This document shows, one piece after another, positions 56,937-64,000 of a stretch of DNA of 64,000 nucleotides; position 1 is the first letter of the stretch; each line of letters starts with the position of its first letter. This stretch comes from Chloroflexota bacterium. Its GTDB lineage: Bacteria > Chloroflexota > Limnocylindria > Limnocylindrales > CSP1-4. The stretch covers positions 2,820 through 66,819 of the forward strand of contig CAKKPP010000021.1 of assembly GCA_919901745.1 (NCBI GenBank). The letters are read 5' to 3'. Made by a program: the position numbers and the translations under genes. Below the pieces are notes generated by a model. The model searched no databases. It saw only the letters and a program-made list of their open reading frames with translations, and was not told the origin of the DNA.

Positions 56937-58607
56937 ATGGCCCGCACCGCGCGGCCCGGAGGCGCAGCGAGCGCAGCCGGAGGAATTCCGGTCGTTGCCA
57001 TCGTCGGCCGTCCCAACGTCGGCAAGAGCACGCTCTACAACCGGATCATCGGTGCCCGGGTGGCCATCGTCGAGGACCGAGCGAGGACGACGCGCGATCG
57101 CCTGTACGGCGACGCGGAGTGGAACGGTCGACGGTTCATCGTCGTCGACACGGGCGGACTCGAGGTCGATCCGGGCGACGCGATCGAGGCGAAGGTGCAG
57201 GAGCAGGCTCGACTCGCGATCTCGGAGGCGGATGTCATCCTGCTCCTCGTCGACGCGATCAGTGGCACGACGCCGGCCGATCTCGAAGCGGCAGAGCTGT
57301 TGCGCCGTGCGAAGGCGCCGGTACTCGTCGTCGTCAACAAGGCCGACAACGAGAAGCGCGAGCTCGATGCGGCCGAGTTCTACGCGCTGGGTTGGGAAGA
57401 GACGTATCCGATCGCGGCCAGCCACGGGCGTGGAGTTGCTGACCTGCTCGATGCGGTGGTCTGGGCAATGCCGCCCGAGAGTGAATCGGAGATCGCGCGC
57501 AAGGCCCGTGATGCCGAGGCGGAGGCGTGGGCTCGCGAGGTGGCGGCGGGTCGACTCGAGCCGTTCGTCGTCGGCACGGACGGCCTGCCGGCAATCGGCG
57601 ACGGGTCGGACGGCGTCGTGGATGAGGCCGATCTCGATGCCCTCGATGACAACGAGGCCGAAGCGGCCCGCTGGGACGCGCTCATCGCGGCCGAGGCCGA
57701 TCAGTCGCCGGCCTCGATCGCCTTCGTGGGTCGGCCGAACGTCGGGAAGTCGAGCCTGCTCAATGCCCTCCTCGGCCAGGAGCGCGCGATCGTCTCGGAC
57801 ATCCCGGGGACGACCCGCGACACGATCGACACGCGCCTCGAGTGGGGGAGGAGCGAGATCGTCCTGATCGACACCGCCGGAATCCGGCGACGCGGCAAGG
57901 TGGCCTCGGGGCCGGCCGCCGAGCGCTTCTCCACGCTGCGCGCGCTCAAGGCGATCAGCCGTGCCGACGTGGCGGTCCTGGTCATTGACGCGGTCGAGGG
58001 CCTGACGGCCCAGGATGCCCACGTGGCCGGCTATGTGGCCGAGGAGGGTCGGGGCCTGGTCATCGCCGTCAACAAGTGGGACCTCGTCGAGGACAAGACG
58101 GACCGCACGTTCGATCAGTACGTCGAATGGATCCGCGCGGACGTGCCGTTCCTCGACTTCGCCCCGGTCGTCTCCATCAGCGCGACGACCGGCCAGCGCG
58201 TCGGTCGCGTCCTCGAGCTGGCCATCGACATCTGGGCCGAGCGACGCAAGCGAATCTCGACGGGCGAGCTGAACCGCGTGCTGATGGCGGCGACGGATCG
58301 AACGCCGCCCCCACCGGTGCGCGGCCGCCGCCCGAAGCTCTTCTACGTGACCCAGGCCGCGGTCGCGCCACCGACGTTCGTCTTCTTCGCCAACGACGCT
58401 GCGTCGGTCCACTTCAGCTACCGGCGCTACCTCGAGAACCAGCTGCGCGACCGGTTCGGATACCACGGGACCCCGATTCGCCTCATCTTCCGCGATCGCA
58501 CCGCCGTTCGCCTGCCGCGTCGTCGCAAGTCCGCCCCGTCGCCTGCGCCGCGTCGGGTTGCCGGCGGTCGGGCGGCGCTGCCAAAGGGTCCCAAGCGCGC
58601 GAAATGA
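56937..58607 (+). CDS. der: ribosome biogenesis GTPase Der/EngA
   Basis: Two G domains (GRPNVGKST, DTGG, NKAD; GRPNVGKSS, DTAG, NKWD) and C-terminal KH-like domain; long acidic linker. Confidence 0.96.
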   Translation: MARTARPGGAASAAGGIPVVAIVGRPNVGKSTLYNRIIGARVAIVEDRARTTRDRLYGDAEWNGRRFIVVDTGGLEVDPGDAIEAKVQEQARLAISEADVILLLVDAISGTTPADLEAAELLRRAKAPVLVVVNKADNEKRELDAAEFYALGWEETYPIAASHGRGVADLLDAVVWAMPPESESEIARKARDAEAEAWAREVAAGRLEPFVVGTDGLPAIGDGSDGVVDEADLDALDDNEAEAARWDALIAAEADQSPASIAFVGRPNVGKSSLLNALLGQERAIVSDIPGTTRDTIDTRLEWGRSEIVLIDTAGIRRRGKVASGPAAERFSTLRALKAISRADVAVLVIDAVEGLTAQDAHVAGYVAEEGRGLVIAVNKWDLVEDKTDRTFDQYVEWIRADVPFLDFAPVVSISATTGQRVGRVLELAIDIWAERRKRISTGELNRVLMAATDRTPPPPVRGRRPKLFYVTQAAVAPPTFVFFANDAASVHFSYRRYLENQLRDRFGYHGTPIRLIFRDRTAVRLPRRRKSAPSPAPRRVAGGRAALPKGPKRAK

Positions 58608-59659
58608 ACGAACCGCGGGTCGCCGTCGTCGGCGCCGGGGCGTGGGGAACCACGCTCGCCGCGCTCGTCGCCCGCACGGAGCCGGTCCTGCTCCTGTGCC
58701 ACGCCCCCGAGACCGCGGCCGCCATCCGCGACACCGGACGCAACGAACGACGCCTGCCCGGCATCGACCTCCCGCCCATGCTGCATGCGTCGGCGGATCC
58801 GGGCGAGTTCGCGGCGGCAACCGATCTCGTCATCTTCGCCGTCCCGTCGACGCACCTCCGGGCAACCGCCGAGGTTGTTGCCGGGCACGTCGCCCCCGCG
58901 GCGGATCTGCTGTCGGTGGTCAAGGGCCTCGAGCGAGGTTCGCTCCTGCGGATGAGCGAGGTGCTGGCCGACGCGGGAGGCTTCGTTCCGTCACGGATCG
59001 CGGCGCTGTCGGGCCCGAACCTTGCCCTGGAGGTTGCACGGAGGTTGCCGGCGTCGGCGGTGGTTGCGGCGTCGGATCCGGCGCTCGCGGCACGCGTCGC
59101 GGCGCGCCTGGGTCGTCGGGAGTTCCGGCTCTACGTCAACAACGACCTGCTCGGCGTGGAGCTGTGCGGCGCCCTGAAGAACGTGCTGGCGATCGCCGCC
59201 GGCGCCGTGGACGAGCTGGGCTTCGGCGACAACGGGAAGGCCGGCCTGATGACCCGCGGCCTGGCCGAGATGATGCGGCTGGGGATCGCGGCCGGTGCCA
59301 ACCCGCTGACGTTCGCCGGACTGGCCGGCATCGGTGACGTGATTGCCACGTGCGGTTCGAAGCTGTCGCGCAACCACCAATTGGGCGTCGAGCTGGCGCG
59401 GGGCCGGCCGTGGGCTGAGCTCGAGGGCACGCTTCCGGGTACCGCGGAGGGTGCCTATGCGGTGGACGCCGCGCTGGCGCTGGCCGAGCGCCACGGGGTG
59501 GACATGCCGATTGCCCGCGAGGTCCACAACGCGCTGTTCGAGGGCAAGAGCGTCCAGCGCTGCCTGCTGGATCTGCTCGCCCGCGAGTCGAAGGACGAAC
59601 TGGCCGATCTGCAGGCCTGGGTCCGCAGTCTCACGCCGGTCTCAGGAGATCCAGCCTAG
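58604..59659 (+). CDS. gpsA: NAD(P)H-dependent glycerol-3-phosphate dehydrogenase
   Basis: GAGAWGT, KGLE, SGPN.A.E, GALKNVLAIAAG, GDVIATC.S..SRN. Confidence 0.94.
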   Translation: MNEPRVAVVGAGAWGTTLAALVARTEPVLLLCHAPETAAAIRDTGRNERRLPGIDLPPMLHASADPGEFAAATDLVIFAVPSTHLRATAEVVAGHVAPAADLLSVVKGLERGSLLRMSEVLADAGGFVPSRIAALSGPNLALEVARRLPASAVVAASDPALAARVAARLGRREFRLYVNNDLLGVELCGALKNVLAIAAGAVDELGFGDNGKAGLMTRGLAEMMRLGIAAGANPLTFAGLAGIGDVIATCGSKLSRNHQLGVELARGRPWAELEGTLPGTAEGAYAVDAALALAERHGVDMPIAREVHNALFEGKSVQRCLLDLLARESKDELADLQAWVRSLTPVSGDPA

Positions 59660-59706
59660 ATCGTCAGCCGCATGGCAACCGACTCAGCGGCACCGAGATG
59701 GACCTC

Positions 59707-59715
59707 TGCTAGACT
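59707..59715 (+). promoter_or_regulatory. extended -10 (TGcTAGACT) for tRNA-Pro
   Basis: 11 nt upstream of the mature tRNA 5' end. Confidence 0.55.
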
Positions 59716-59726
59716 CCACAGCCTGT

Positions 59727-59803
59727 CGGGGCGTGGCGCAGTCTGGTAGCGCACCAGTCTGGGGGACTGGTGGTCGTCGGTTCAAATCCGGCCGCCCCGA
59801 CCA
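59727..59803 (+). tRNA. tRNA-Pro (GGG)
   Basis: 77 nt; acceptor stem CGGGGCG/CGCCCCG plus ACCA; D arm GCGC-AGTCTGGTA-GCGC; anticodon stem CCAGT/ACTGG with loop CT-GGG-GG; T loop GGTTCAAATCC. Confidence 0.97.
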
Positions 59804-59810
59804 GATCCTT

Positions 59811-59954
59811 ATCAAGGCCAGCAAGCTCCGAGTGGCCGTCTCGAGCGATTACAAGTTCGCGGAGGATCAGATCGCGGTCAAGGTCGTGCAACGCCTGGGT
59901 ATCGGCGTGGTCGACGCCACCGCGCTCGCGTACCTGGTGAGCAAAACCGTGTGA
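59811..59954 (+). pseudogene. C-terminal fragment resembling an HK97-fold major capsid protein
   Basis: IKASKLRVAVSSDYKFAEDQIAVKVVQRLGIGVVDATALAYLVSKTV* begins directly after the att repeat with no start or RBS; pattern matches capsid C-termini by eye. Confidence 0.5.
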
Positions 59955-59964
59955 CCCCTCGTTC

Positions 59965-59998
59965 CCGGGCCGCTCCGCGCCCTCCGTGGGCGGCCCGG
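59965..59998 (+). terminator. hairpin after the capsid-like fragment
   Basis: CCGGGCCGC (59965-73) / GCGGCCCGG (59990-98) perfect 9-bp inverted repeat. Confidence 0.4.
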
Positions 59999-60069
59999 CG
60001 CTCGGTCAACGTTGGCAACGTCGCGCACCTTGCAATGGGCGCGCCGGTCGGCGCATCCTGCGAAGCACC

Positions 60070-60372
60070 GTGACGATAATCTTCGGCCTTGTCTTCATGG
60101 CCTCAGTGGCAATCACCGCAACATTCCTCGGCGATCCTCTCGGCCAGATTGTGTGGGAGGCGACTGGCATCGGCCAGCTCGCCACCTTCGCCGGGCTCGT
60201 CGGCACCCTCGGCCTACAGGCGATCGTCCTGACCGGCTGGATAAAGCTAAGTGAGGACGACAGAGAGCGACGCCATGAGATCGAGAGGCTTCGAGAGCGG
60301 GTGGCTACTCTCGAGGGCAAGGGGCGTCATGACGAACTCGAAAAGGGTTCGCGGGAGCGCTGGAGGGAATGA
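60070..60372 (+). CDS. hypothetical 2-TM protein with charged coiled-coil tail (start uncertain: 59986 or 60070)
   Basis: Two hydrophobic segments then EDDRERRHEIERLRERVATLE; ATGA overlap with the next ORF. Confidence 0.55.
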   Translation: MTIIFGLVFMASVAITATFLGDPLGQIVWEATGIGQLATFAGLVGTLGLQAIVLTGWIKLSEDDRERRHEIERLRERVATLEGKGRHDELEKGSRERWRE

Positions 60373-60896
60373 CCTCCGTCCCCCGTTACCGAGCTTGGGA
60401 CGCGATCCACGACGCCCTACCGGACGGCTGGGCGGTCGCGCCGGCCTCCTGTGACCCCGGACGGCGCGCCTGGACCGTCGTGGCGCGCTCAGCGCCCCGT
60501 GCGGGCCGCTACGGGCCACCCGAGTACATCGAGGCCCAGGGCGAGGATGAGACGGCCGCCCTGACGTACCTGGCGCTAGCCCTCGAGGAGCGGCGCGGAG
60601 ACGAGCGACGGGTCGGGATCGGGCAGCGGGCGCGGATGGCATATGTCGAGGGCGCCGAGGCAGAGGCGCTGCGGTCGCGGGGGCGGGGCTCACGGGCGAG
60701 GAGTTGGAGCGGGTTATTGAGGAATATCCGCTGGAGCCGTAACGGGCCCGCCGAGCCGGAGCGTCTGGGGCAGTGCCGTTTGTCGTGTTCGGCACTTCCC
60801 GCACTTGACATGCCCGGTTTGGTCAGGTTGGCAGGACGCACAGAAGGTCGAGTGCGGCCTCAGCCTCGCTATGAGCCTGACCCCACCACGAAGTAG
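60369..60896 (+). CDS. hypothetical protein (C-terminal part doubtful)
   Basis: First ~110 aa look protein-like (YRAWDAIHDALPDGWAV...YIEAQGEDE.AAL); the tail overlaps the convergent lipoprotein gene. Confidence 0.45.
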   Translation: MTSVPRYRAWDAIHDALPDGWAVAPASCDPGRRAWTVVARSAPRAGRYGPPEYIEAQGEDETAALTYLALALEERRGDERRVGIGQRARMAYVEGAEAEALRSRGRGSRARSWSGLLRNIRWSRNGPAEPERLGQCRLSCSALPALDMPGLVRLAGRTEGRVRPQPRYEPDPTTK

Positions 60897-61254
60897 CGCT
60901 GTCAAAGTCGGAGTAGAGCACCCTGCCAGCCTCATTCAAAGCGTCCGCTGACCGGTACAGGTGGCGGGCGGCATCGACCTCGACGGTGTCGGCGAGGCTC
61001 CAGATAGCTAAACTCGCGTCCCGAAGATCTTTCGCCCGATCTCCCCCTAAGTCGAAAGACGCGAACGCATTGGTCGCGTCGTCTAGGTACTGCGTTAGGT
61101 CGGCGCAGGATTTCGTCGACGCGGCGTTGTCGATGCTCGGTATAGGCTGCGGTGTCGCCGTGGGGGCCAGCGTCGTGGTCGGCTCGGGCGTGGGACCGGC
61201 GCACGCCGCGAGCATCACCACCGCCGCGATCAGCAGTCGACTCCGCGCACCCAT
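60823..61254 (-). CDS. putative lipoprotein
   Basis: GAGGA RBS; MGARSRLLIAAVVMLAAC lipobox; Pro/Thr linker; helical domain. Confidence 0.7.
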   Translation of the reverse strand: MGARSRLLIAAVVMLAACAGPTPEPTTTLAPTATPQPIPSIDNAASTKSCADLTQYLDDATNAFASFDLGGDRAKDLRDASLAIWSLADTVEVDAARHLYRSADALNEAGRVLYSDFDSATSWWGQAHSEAEAALDLLCVLPT

Positions 61255-61383
61255 CCGTGGTCCTCTGGCGATCTCTCGATGGTGTGACGCAGACAATGTG
61301 CAACCGGTTACGGGTGCCGTCAATGCTCGATGAGTCGCAGCTAAGCGGCCCTCGCTAGTCTGTCCACGACCCCGGCGCCGCGT

Positions 61384-61402
61384 CCGGACGTGCGATCCCG
61401 CC
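61384..61402 (+). repeat. islet boundary repeat copy 1 (CCGGAC-N2/3-CGATCCCGCC)
   Basis: Core shared with 62230 and 62929; the flanks CCGCGT and CC are also shared with copy 3. Confidence 0.65.
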
Positions 61403-61558
61403 CCGCGGGGCCGCTCGACGCCCCCGGTCCGGGTCCTCTGGTTCGCTTGACGGGACGGGCGCGGCGTCGCGCGCTAATGGGAAGGGTGCCCAGGCCCGGG
61501 CTGCAACAACGGGGGCGCCCGAGCGTCTCTTATGGGTACACCGTCCGGAGGGATTGAG

Positions 61559-62227
61559 ATGCATTCGTTGCACTCGCGGTTGGCCACCACGATCATCGCC
61601 GGCCTGCTCATCGGGGCGGCCTGCACGTCGGCTGCAACCCCGGCCGCGGACCTGACGCCAACGGCGTCGCCGTCGATCACGATCACCCCGGCGACCGCGA
61701 GCCCGACAGCGACGGCGACCCCGGCGAGCCCGAGCCCGTCAGTGACCCCCCAGCCGACCCCGGAGCCCACGCCGGTCCTGGTGCCACCGATGCCCACTGG
61801 GGTGAACTTCGAGGAGCAGGTGCGCGTGAGCGACGACGAGCAGGTTGCGGAGTTCACCCAGACGGTCACCTGGGGAGCGCCGTGGAGCGAGGGCGTCGTG
61901 ATACGGGTCTACGGCGTGACCGAGTGCATCGCCGCGCCGGCCGACCCACTCCCGAACACCAGTGGGCCATGCCTTGTTGTGCACACCCCCCTGCCGGCAT
62001 CGGTCCGCGCGCTGCTCGCCACGGCACCGGCGTCCGCAGGCGTTGTCAGCTGGGCGTGGACGCAGCATCCCTGGGAGTGCGACCAACCCGCGGTGTCCTA
62101 CGACTTCAACGGACCCGCATACCACGCGGTCGTGTTGGCTGCCTACGGCGCGTCGGGTCACTCGATCTTTGCCATCGCAGCGCCTGGCGGATGGTGGACG
62201 CCGGCCGCTGGCGACATCATCTGCTGA
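61559..62227 (+). CDS. putative lipoprotein/secreted protein with Pro/Thr linker and Cys-containing domain
   Basis: GGAGGG RBS; signal peptide ending LLIGAAC; ~50 aa PTAS-rich linker; globular domain with 4 further Cys. Confidence 0.72.
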   Translation: MHSLHSRLATTIIAGLLIGAACTSAATPAADLTPTASPSITITPATASPTATATPASPSPSVTPQPTPEPTPVLVPPMPTGVNFEEQVRVSDDEQVAEFTQTVTWGAPWSEGVVIRVYGVTECIAAPADPLPNTSGPCLVVHTPLPASVRALLATAPASAGVVSWAWTQHPWECDQPAVSYDFNGPAYHAVVLAAYGASGHSIFAIAAPGGWWTPAAGDIIC

Positions 62228-62229
62228 GA

Positions 62230-62280
62230 CCGGACCACGATCCCGCCTCGGCGGCCAGTGGAGCCGGAGCGACCGGGGCG
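62230..62280 (+). repeat. islet boundary repeat copy 2
   Basis: CCGGACCACGATCCCGCC..GGCGGCCAGT..CGGAGCGACCG.GGCG, right after TGAGA at the upstream stop. Confidence 0.85.
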
Positions 62281-62343
62281 GGAGGTTCGGAGCGTATGCT
62301 ACCGTTCCATGAAGCTCACGATCACGCCGGGAGTCGTCGCGTG

Positions 62344-62910
62344 ATGAGTTCCGCAGCTCTCACCAACGACAGCGCTGCCATCAGGTCCCAGGCAAGCGTC
62401 CCGCCCGGGTGGGGAGCCTCGGCCCAGAAAGAGCGGGCGGGTCCGGCCTGGAGTGGCGTTCCAGCGAGCCCTCAAGGCCCCGACCGGTGGTCACCGACCC
62501 TCGTGCGAGTCTATCGGGGAAAGACCCAGGCTGATGCCGCAGCACAGATGCGGGTCGAAGCCACATCCCTCGCACAACAGGGATACACCCCGACCTCGCA
62601 GAGCTGGGCGCCTGGACAGTATGGCTGCGGCGCCTTCTTGGGTGCGGTGCTCTTGATGTTTCTCTTGGTTGGGATCCTGATCTTCATCTATATGCTGATT
62701 GTCAAACCCGCCGGTACTTTGACCGTGACGTACGTGCTTCAGTCAGCGGTGACGCAGCCGCCGGTCGCCCGAGTAGGGGCCGCGGCGGCTCCTGCCGCGG
62801 GCCGCGATCTCGCCTCGCGGCTGGCGCAAGTGGACGAGGCACTCCGCGCCGGCACGCTGAATGACGAGGAGCACGCGATGCTGCGAGCCAAGATCCTCGA
62901 CGACGCCTGA
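62344..62910 (+). CDS. membrane protein with C-terminal SHOCT-like domain
   Basis: TM segment GAFLGAVLLMFLLVGILIFIYMLIV; C-terminal LASRLAQVDEALRAGTLNDEEHAMLRAKIL. Confidence 0.7.
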   Translation: MSSAALTNDSAAIRSQASVPPGWGASAQKERAGPAWSGVPASPQGPDRWSPTLVRVYRGKTQADAAAQMRVEATSLAQQGYTPTSQSWAPGQYGCGAFLGAVLLMFLLVGILIFIYMLIVKPAGTLTVTYVLQSAVTQPPVARVGAAAAPAAGRDLASRLAQVDEALRAGTLNDEEHAMLRAKILDDA

Positions 62911-62928
62911 GACGCTCCGGCTCCGCGT

Positions 62929-62979
62929 CCGGACCACGATCCCGCCCCACCGGCGGCCAGTCGCGGAGCGACCGAGGCG
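62929..62979 (+). repeat. islet boundary repeat copy 3
   Basis: About 50-bp near-copy of 62230-62280, again shortly after a TGAGAC stop context. Confidence 0.85.
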
Positions 62980-62985
62980 ATGGTG

Positions 62986-63005
62986 GGTACCAACGTAGGT
63001 ACCAA
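62986..63005. repeat. tandem GGTACCAA x2 (possible integrase arm-type site)
   Basis: Copies at 62986-93 and 62998-63005, ~100 bp inside the right att repeat. Confidence 0.45.
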
Positions 63006-63100
63006 TAGGGGCGCACGACAGCAACCGGGAACCCAGAACAGATGGCCGGTTCGTGCGCAAACGGACCGTCGACGGACGCCCGCGGACGCTATGGGCAAGA

Positions 63101-63151
63101 CTGGGGGACCGGTGGTCGTCGGTTCAAATCCGGCCGCCCCGACCAGATCCT
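63101..63151 (+). repeat. attR-like duplication of the tRNA-Pro 3' half
   Basis: CTGGGGGACCGGTGGTCGTCGGTTCAAATCCGGCCGCCCCGACCAGATCCT; lacks the 5' acceptor and D arms. Confidence 0.93.
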
Positions 63152-63206
63152 CCGTTCGGCGTGCCCTTGCGCCCGCGACCATCTGCCGCCTGCCGCGCAG
63201 CCGGAT

Positions 63207-63230
63207 TTCCGGTGCGCCCACGCACCGGAA
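63207..63230 (+). terminator. hairpin downstream of attR (likely the original tRNA terminator)
   Basis: TTCCGGTGCG-CCCA-CGCACCGGAA perfect 10-bp stem. Confidence 0.55.
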
Positions 63231-63303
63231 CCCTGTTCCTTGACGGAATGGCGGTTTACGCTGGTCCCAGGGCGGACAACCCGCCAACCGAGGAGGACGG
63301 TCA

Positions 63304-63618
63304 ATGCGTCTCAGAGTCGCGATCATGTTGCCTGCCGCGCTCCTGCTCCTGGGACTGAGCGTCGCCCCGGCACTGGCCACGGTGCATCCGATCCAGTCCG
63401 GCGATTGCAACGGCTTTGACGAGCCGTTCAGCCCGTCGGGAGGCGATCCGCCCGGCATCACCGGCCAGTCCAACGCGAACGCGAATAACTTTGCACGACC
63501 CCTGTTCGCGACCGGGGTCCTCCTGGGGTTCGGTCCGGGTGGACCGATCATCGACTTCGACAACCCCGCACTCAACGGGGACAACGGGAATTGTCCCAAC
63601 GGGAGCGCGGACTTCTAG
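63304..63618 (+). CDS. small secreted protein (signal peptide, Gly/Asn-rich, 2 Cys)
   Basis: GAGGAGG RBS; signal peptide ending APALA; 104 aa. Confidence 0.75.
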   Translation: MRLRVAIMLPAALLLLGLSVAPALATVHPIQSGDCNGFDEPFSPSGGDPPGITGQSNANANNFARPLFATGVLLGFGPGGPIIDFDNPALNGDNGNCPNGSADF

Positions 63619-63634
63619 ATCGCCGGTTGTAGCC

Positions 63635-63664
63635 CGCCCTGGCGCCAGTCCCGGCGCCGGGGCG
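63635..63664 (+). terminator. hairpin after the secreted-protein gene
   Basis: CGCCCTGGCGCC / GGCGCCGGGGCG 12-bp stem with one G-U pair. Confidence 0.45.
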
Positions 63665-63870
63665 TCCTGCCGGCAACAGGGCCGCACGACGACGCAGAGC
63701 GACCCTGCCGAGTCGCCCGCCCGTGCGCGATGCGTGCTTCTCCACGCGAATCACATCACCGCGGCTTCGGGTCCGACGATGGCGTGGGCTTGGGCTGAGG
63801 CCACTTGATCGGAGGTGGCTGCCTTCGGACCGAGCTGACACGTGTTCGATCCCTTGCCCCTCGTGAGCGG

Positions 63871-63999
63871 CTATTGGCCTCCGCCGACCTGCGTGCGCAG
63901 CGACTTCGTCCCGGCATCGATCGTGTTCGAAAAGCGCAGAAGCCCGGCGTCCAGGAAGCTGTCCAGGCTGTACCCGGCGATGAAGGCCGTGGCCGGCGC
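63871..63999 (-). CDS. 3' end of an unidentified gene entering from the right edge
   Basis: APATAFIAGYSLDSFLDAGLLRFSNTIDAGTKSLRTQVGGGQ* on the - strand with typical codon bias. Confidence 0.45.
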   Translation of the reverse strand, partial: APATAFIAGYSLDSFLDAGLLRFSNTIDAGTKSLRTQVGGGQ

Positions 64000-64000
64000 C

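Larger units (their letters stand above)
59759..63151. mobile_element. integrase-less genomic islet / prophage remnant at tRNA-Pro, bounded by 51-bp direct repeats
   Basis: 59759-59809 equals 63101-63151 with 1 mismatch; interior has orphan ORFs with atypical codons and a capsid-like fragment; no integrase ORF inside. Confidence 0.85.

Noticed and set aside
455-58820. Many long antisense or alternative-frame ORFs in the track (e.g. 5146-7353, 10072-12396, 23272-25323, 29494-31794, 46329-48815, 56667-58820)
   Set aside because: Shadow ORFs of high-GC coding DNA: Arg/Pro/Gly-rich, no motifs, and fully overlapping well-identified genes.
60805-60810. Perfect -35 hexamer TTGACA
   Set aside because: No -10 element at 16-18 bp spacing and no downstream gene start.
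60714-60935. - strand ORF with a CxxC...CxxC zinc-ribbon-like pattern
   Set aside because: Overlaps two better-supported ORFs, has no RBS, and half of the Cys pattern comes from an alternative frame of the lipoprotein 3' end.
63101-63151. Second tRNA-Pro gene
   Set aside because: Only the 3' half is present; no 5' acceptor strand or D arm, and the anticodon stem cannot form.

Overview
High-GC bacterial chromosome segment made mostly of tightly coupled + strand housekeeping genes. Gene content suggests a Chloroflexota-like organism, which is an inference only. Gene order: comM-dprA-[Ig/CAP protein, hypothetical]-topA-xerC-murJ-femABX-femABX-murE-rel-OMT-hisS-[dsrE(-)]-aspS-EamA-[MobA-like(-)]-SAM MTase-typA-[6S-like RNA candidate]-iscS-mnmA-[membrane ORF, MenA/MenT-like toxin-antitoxin pair]-alaS-ftsA-like-baseplate-J-like membrane protein-ruvX-mltG-pepP/Q-SHOCT-efp-xseA-xseB-dxs-tlyA-nadK-recN-xerD-bPH/SHOCT-S2P-HD-scpA-scpB-rluB-ABC2 pair-cmk-plsC-ispH-der-gpsA-tRNA-Pro(GGG). 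After the tRNA lies a ~3.3 kb integrase-less islet closed by a 51-bp copy of the tRNA 3' half. The islet holds a capsid-like gene fragment and membrane/lipoprotein genes separated by a repeated boundary motif. The most interesting signals are: (1) an orphan FtsA-like ATPase translationally coupled to a single-pass membrane protein with a phage baseplate-J-like ectodomain, upstream of ruvX-mltG; (2) the tRNA-Pro islet with its cassette-like repeats; (3) a nucleotidyltransferase toxin-antitoxin pair between mnmA and alaS; (4) a murJ-fem-fem-murE(DEDPR) module implying non-DAP, branched peptidoglycan; (5) a 191-nt 6S-like hairpin; (6) pervasive -10 boxes directly before start codons, suggesting leaderless mRNAs. 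All calls come from motif reading by eye; no searches were run.
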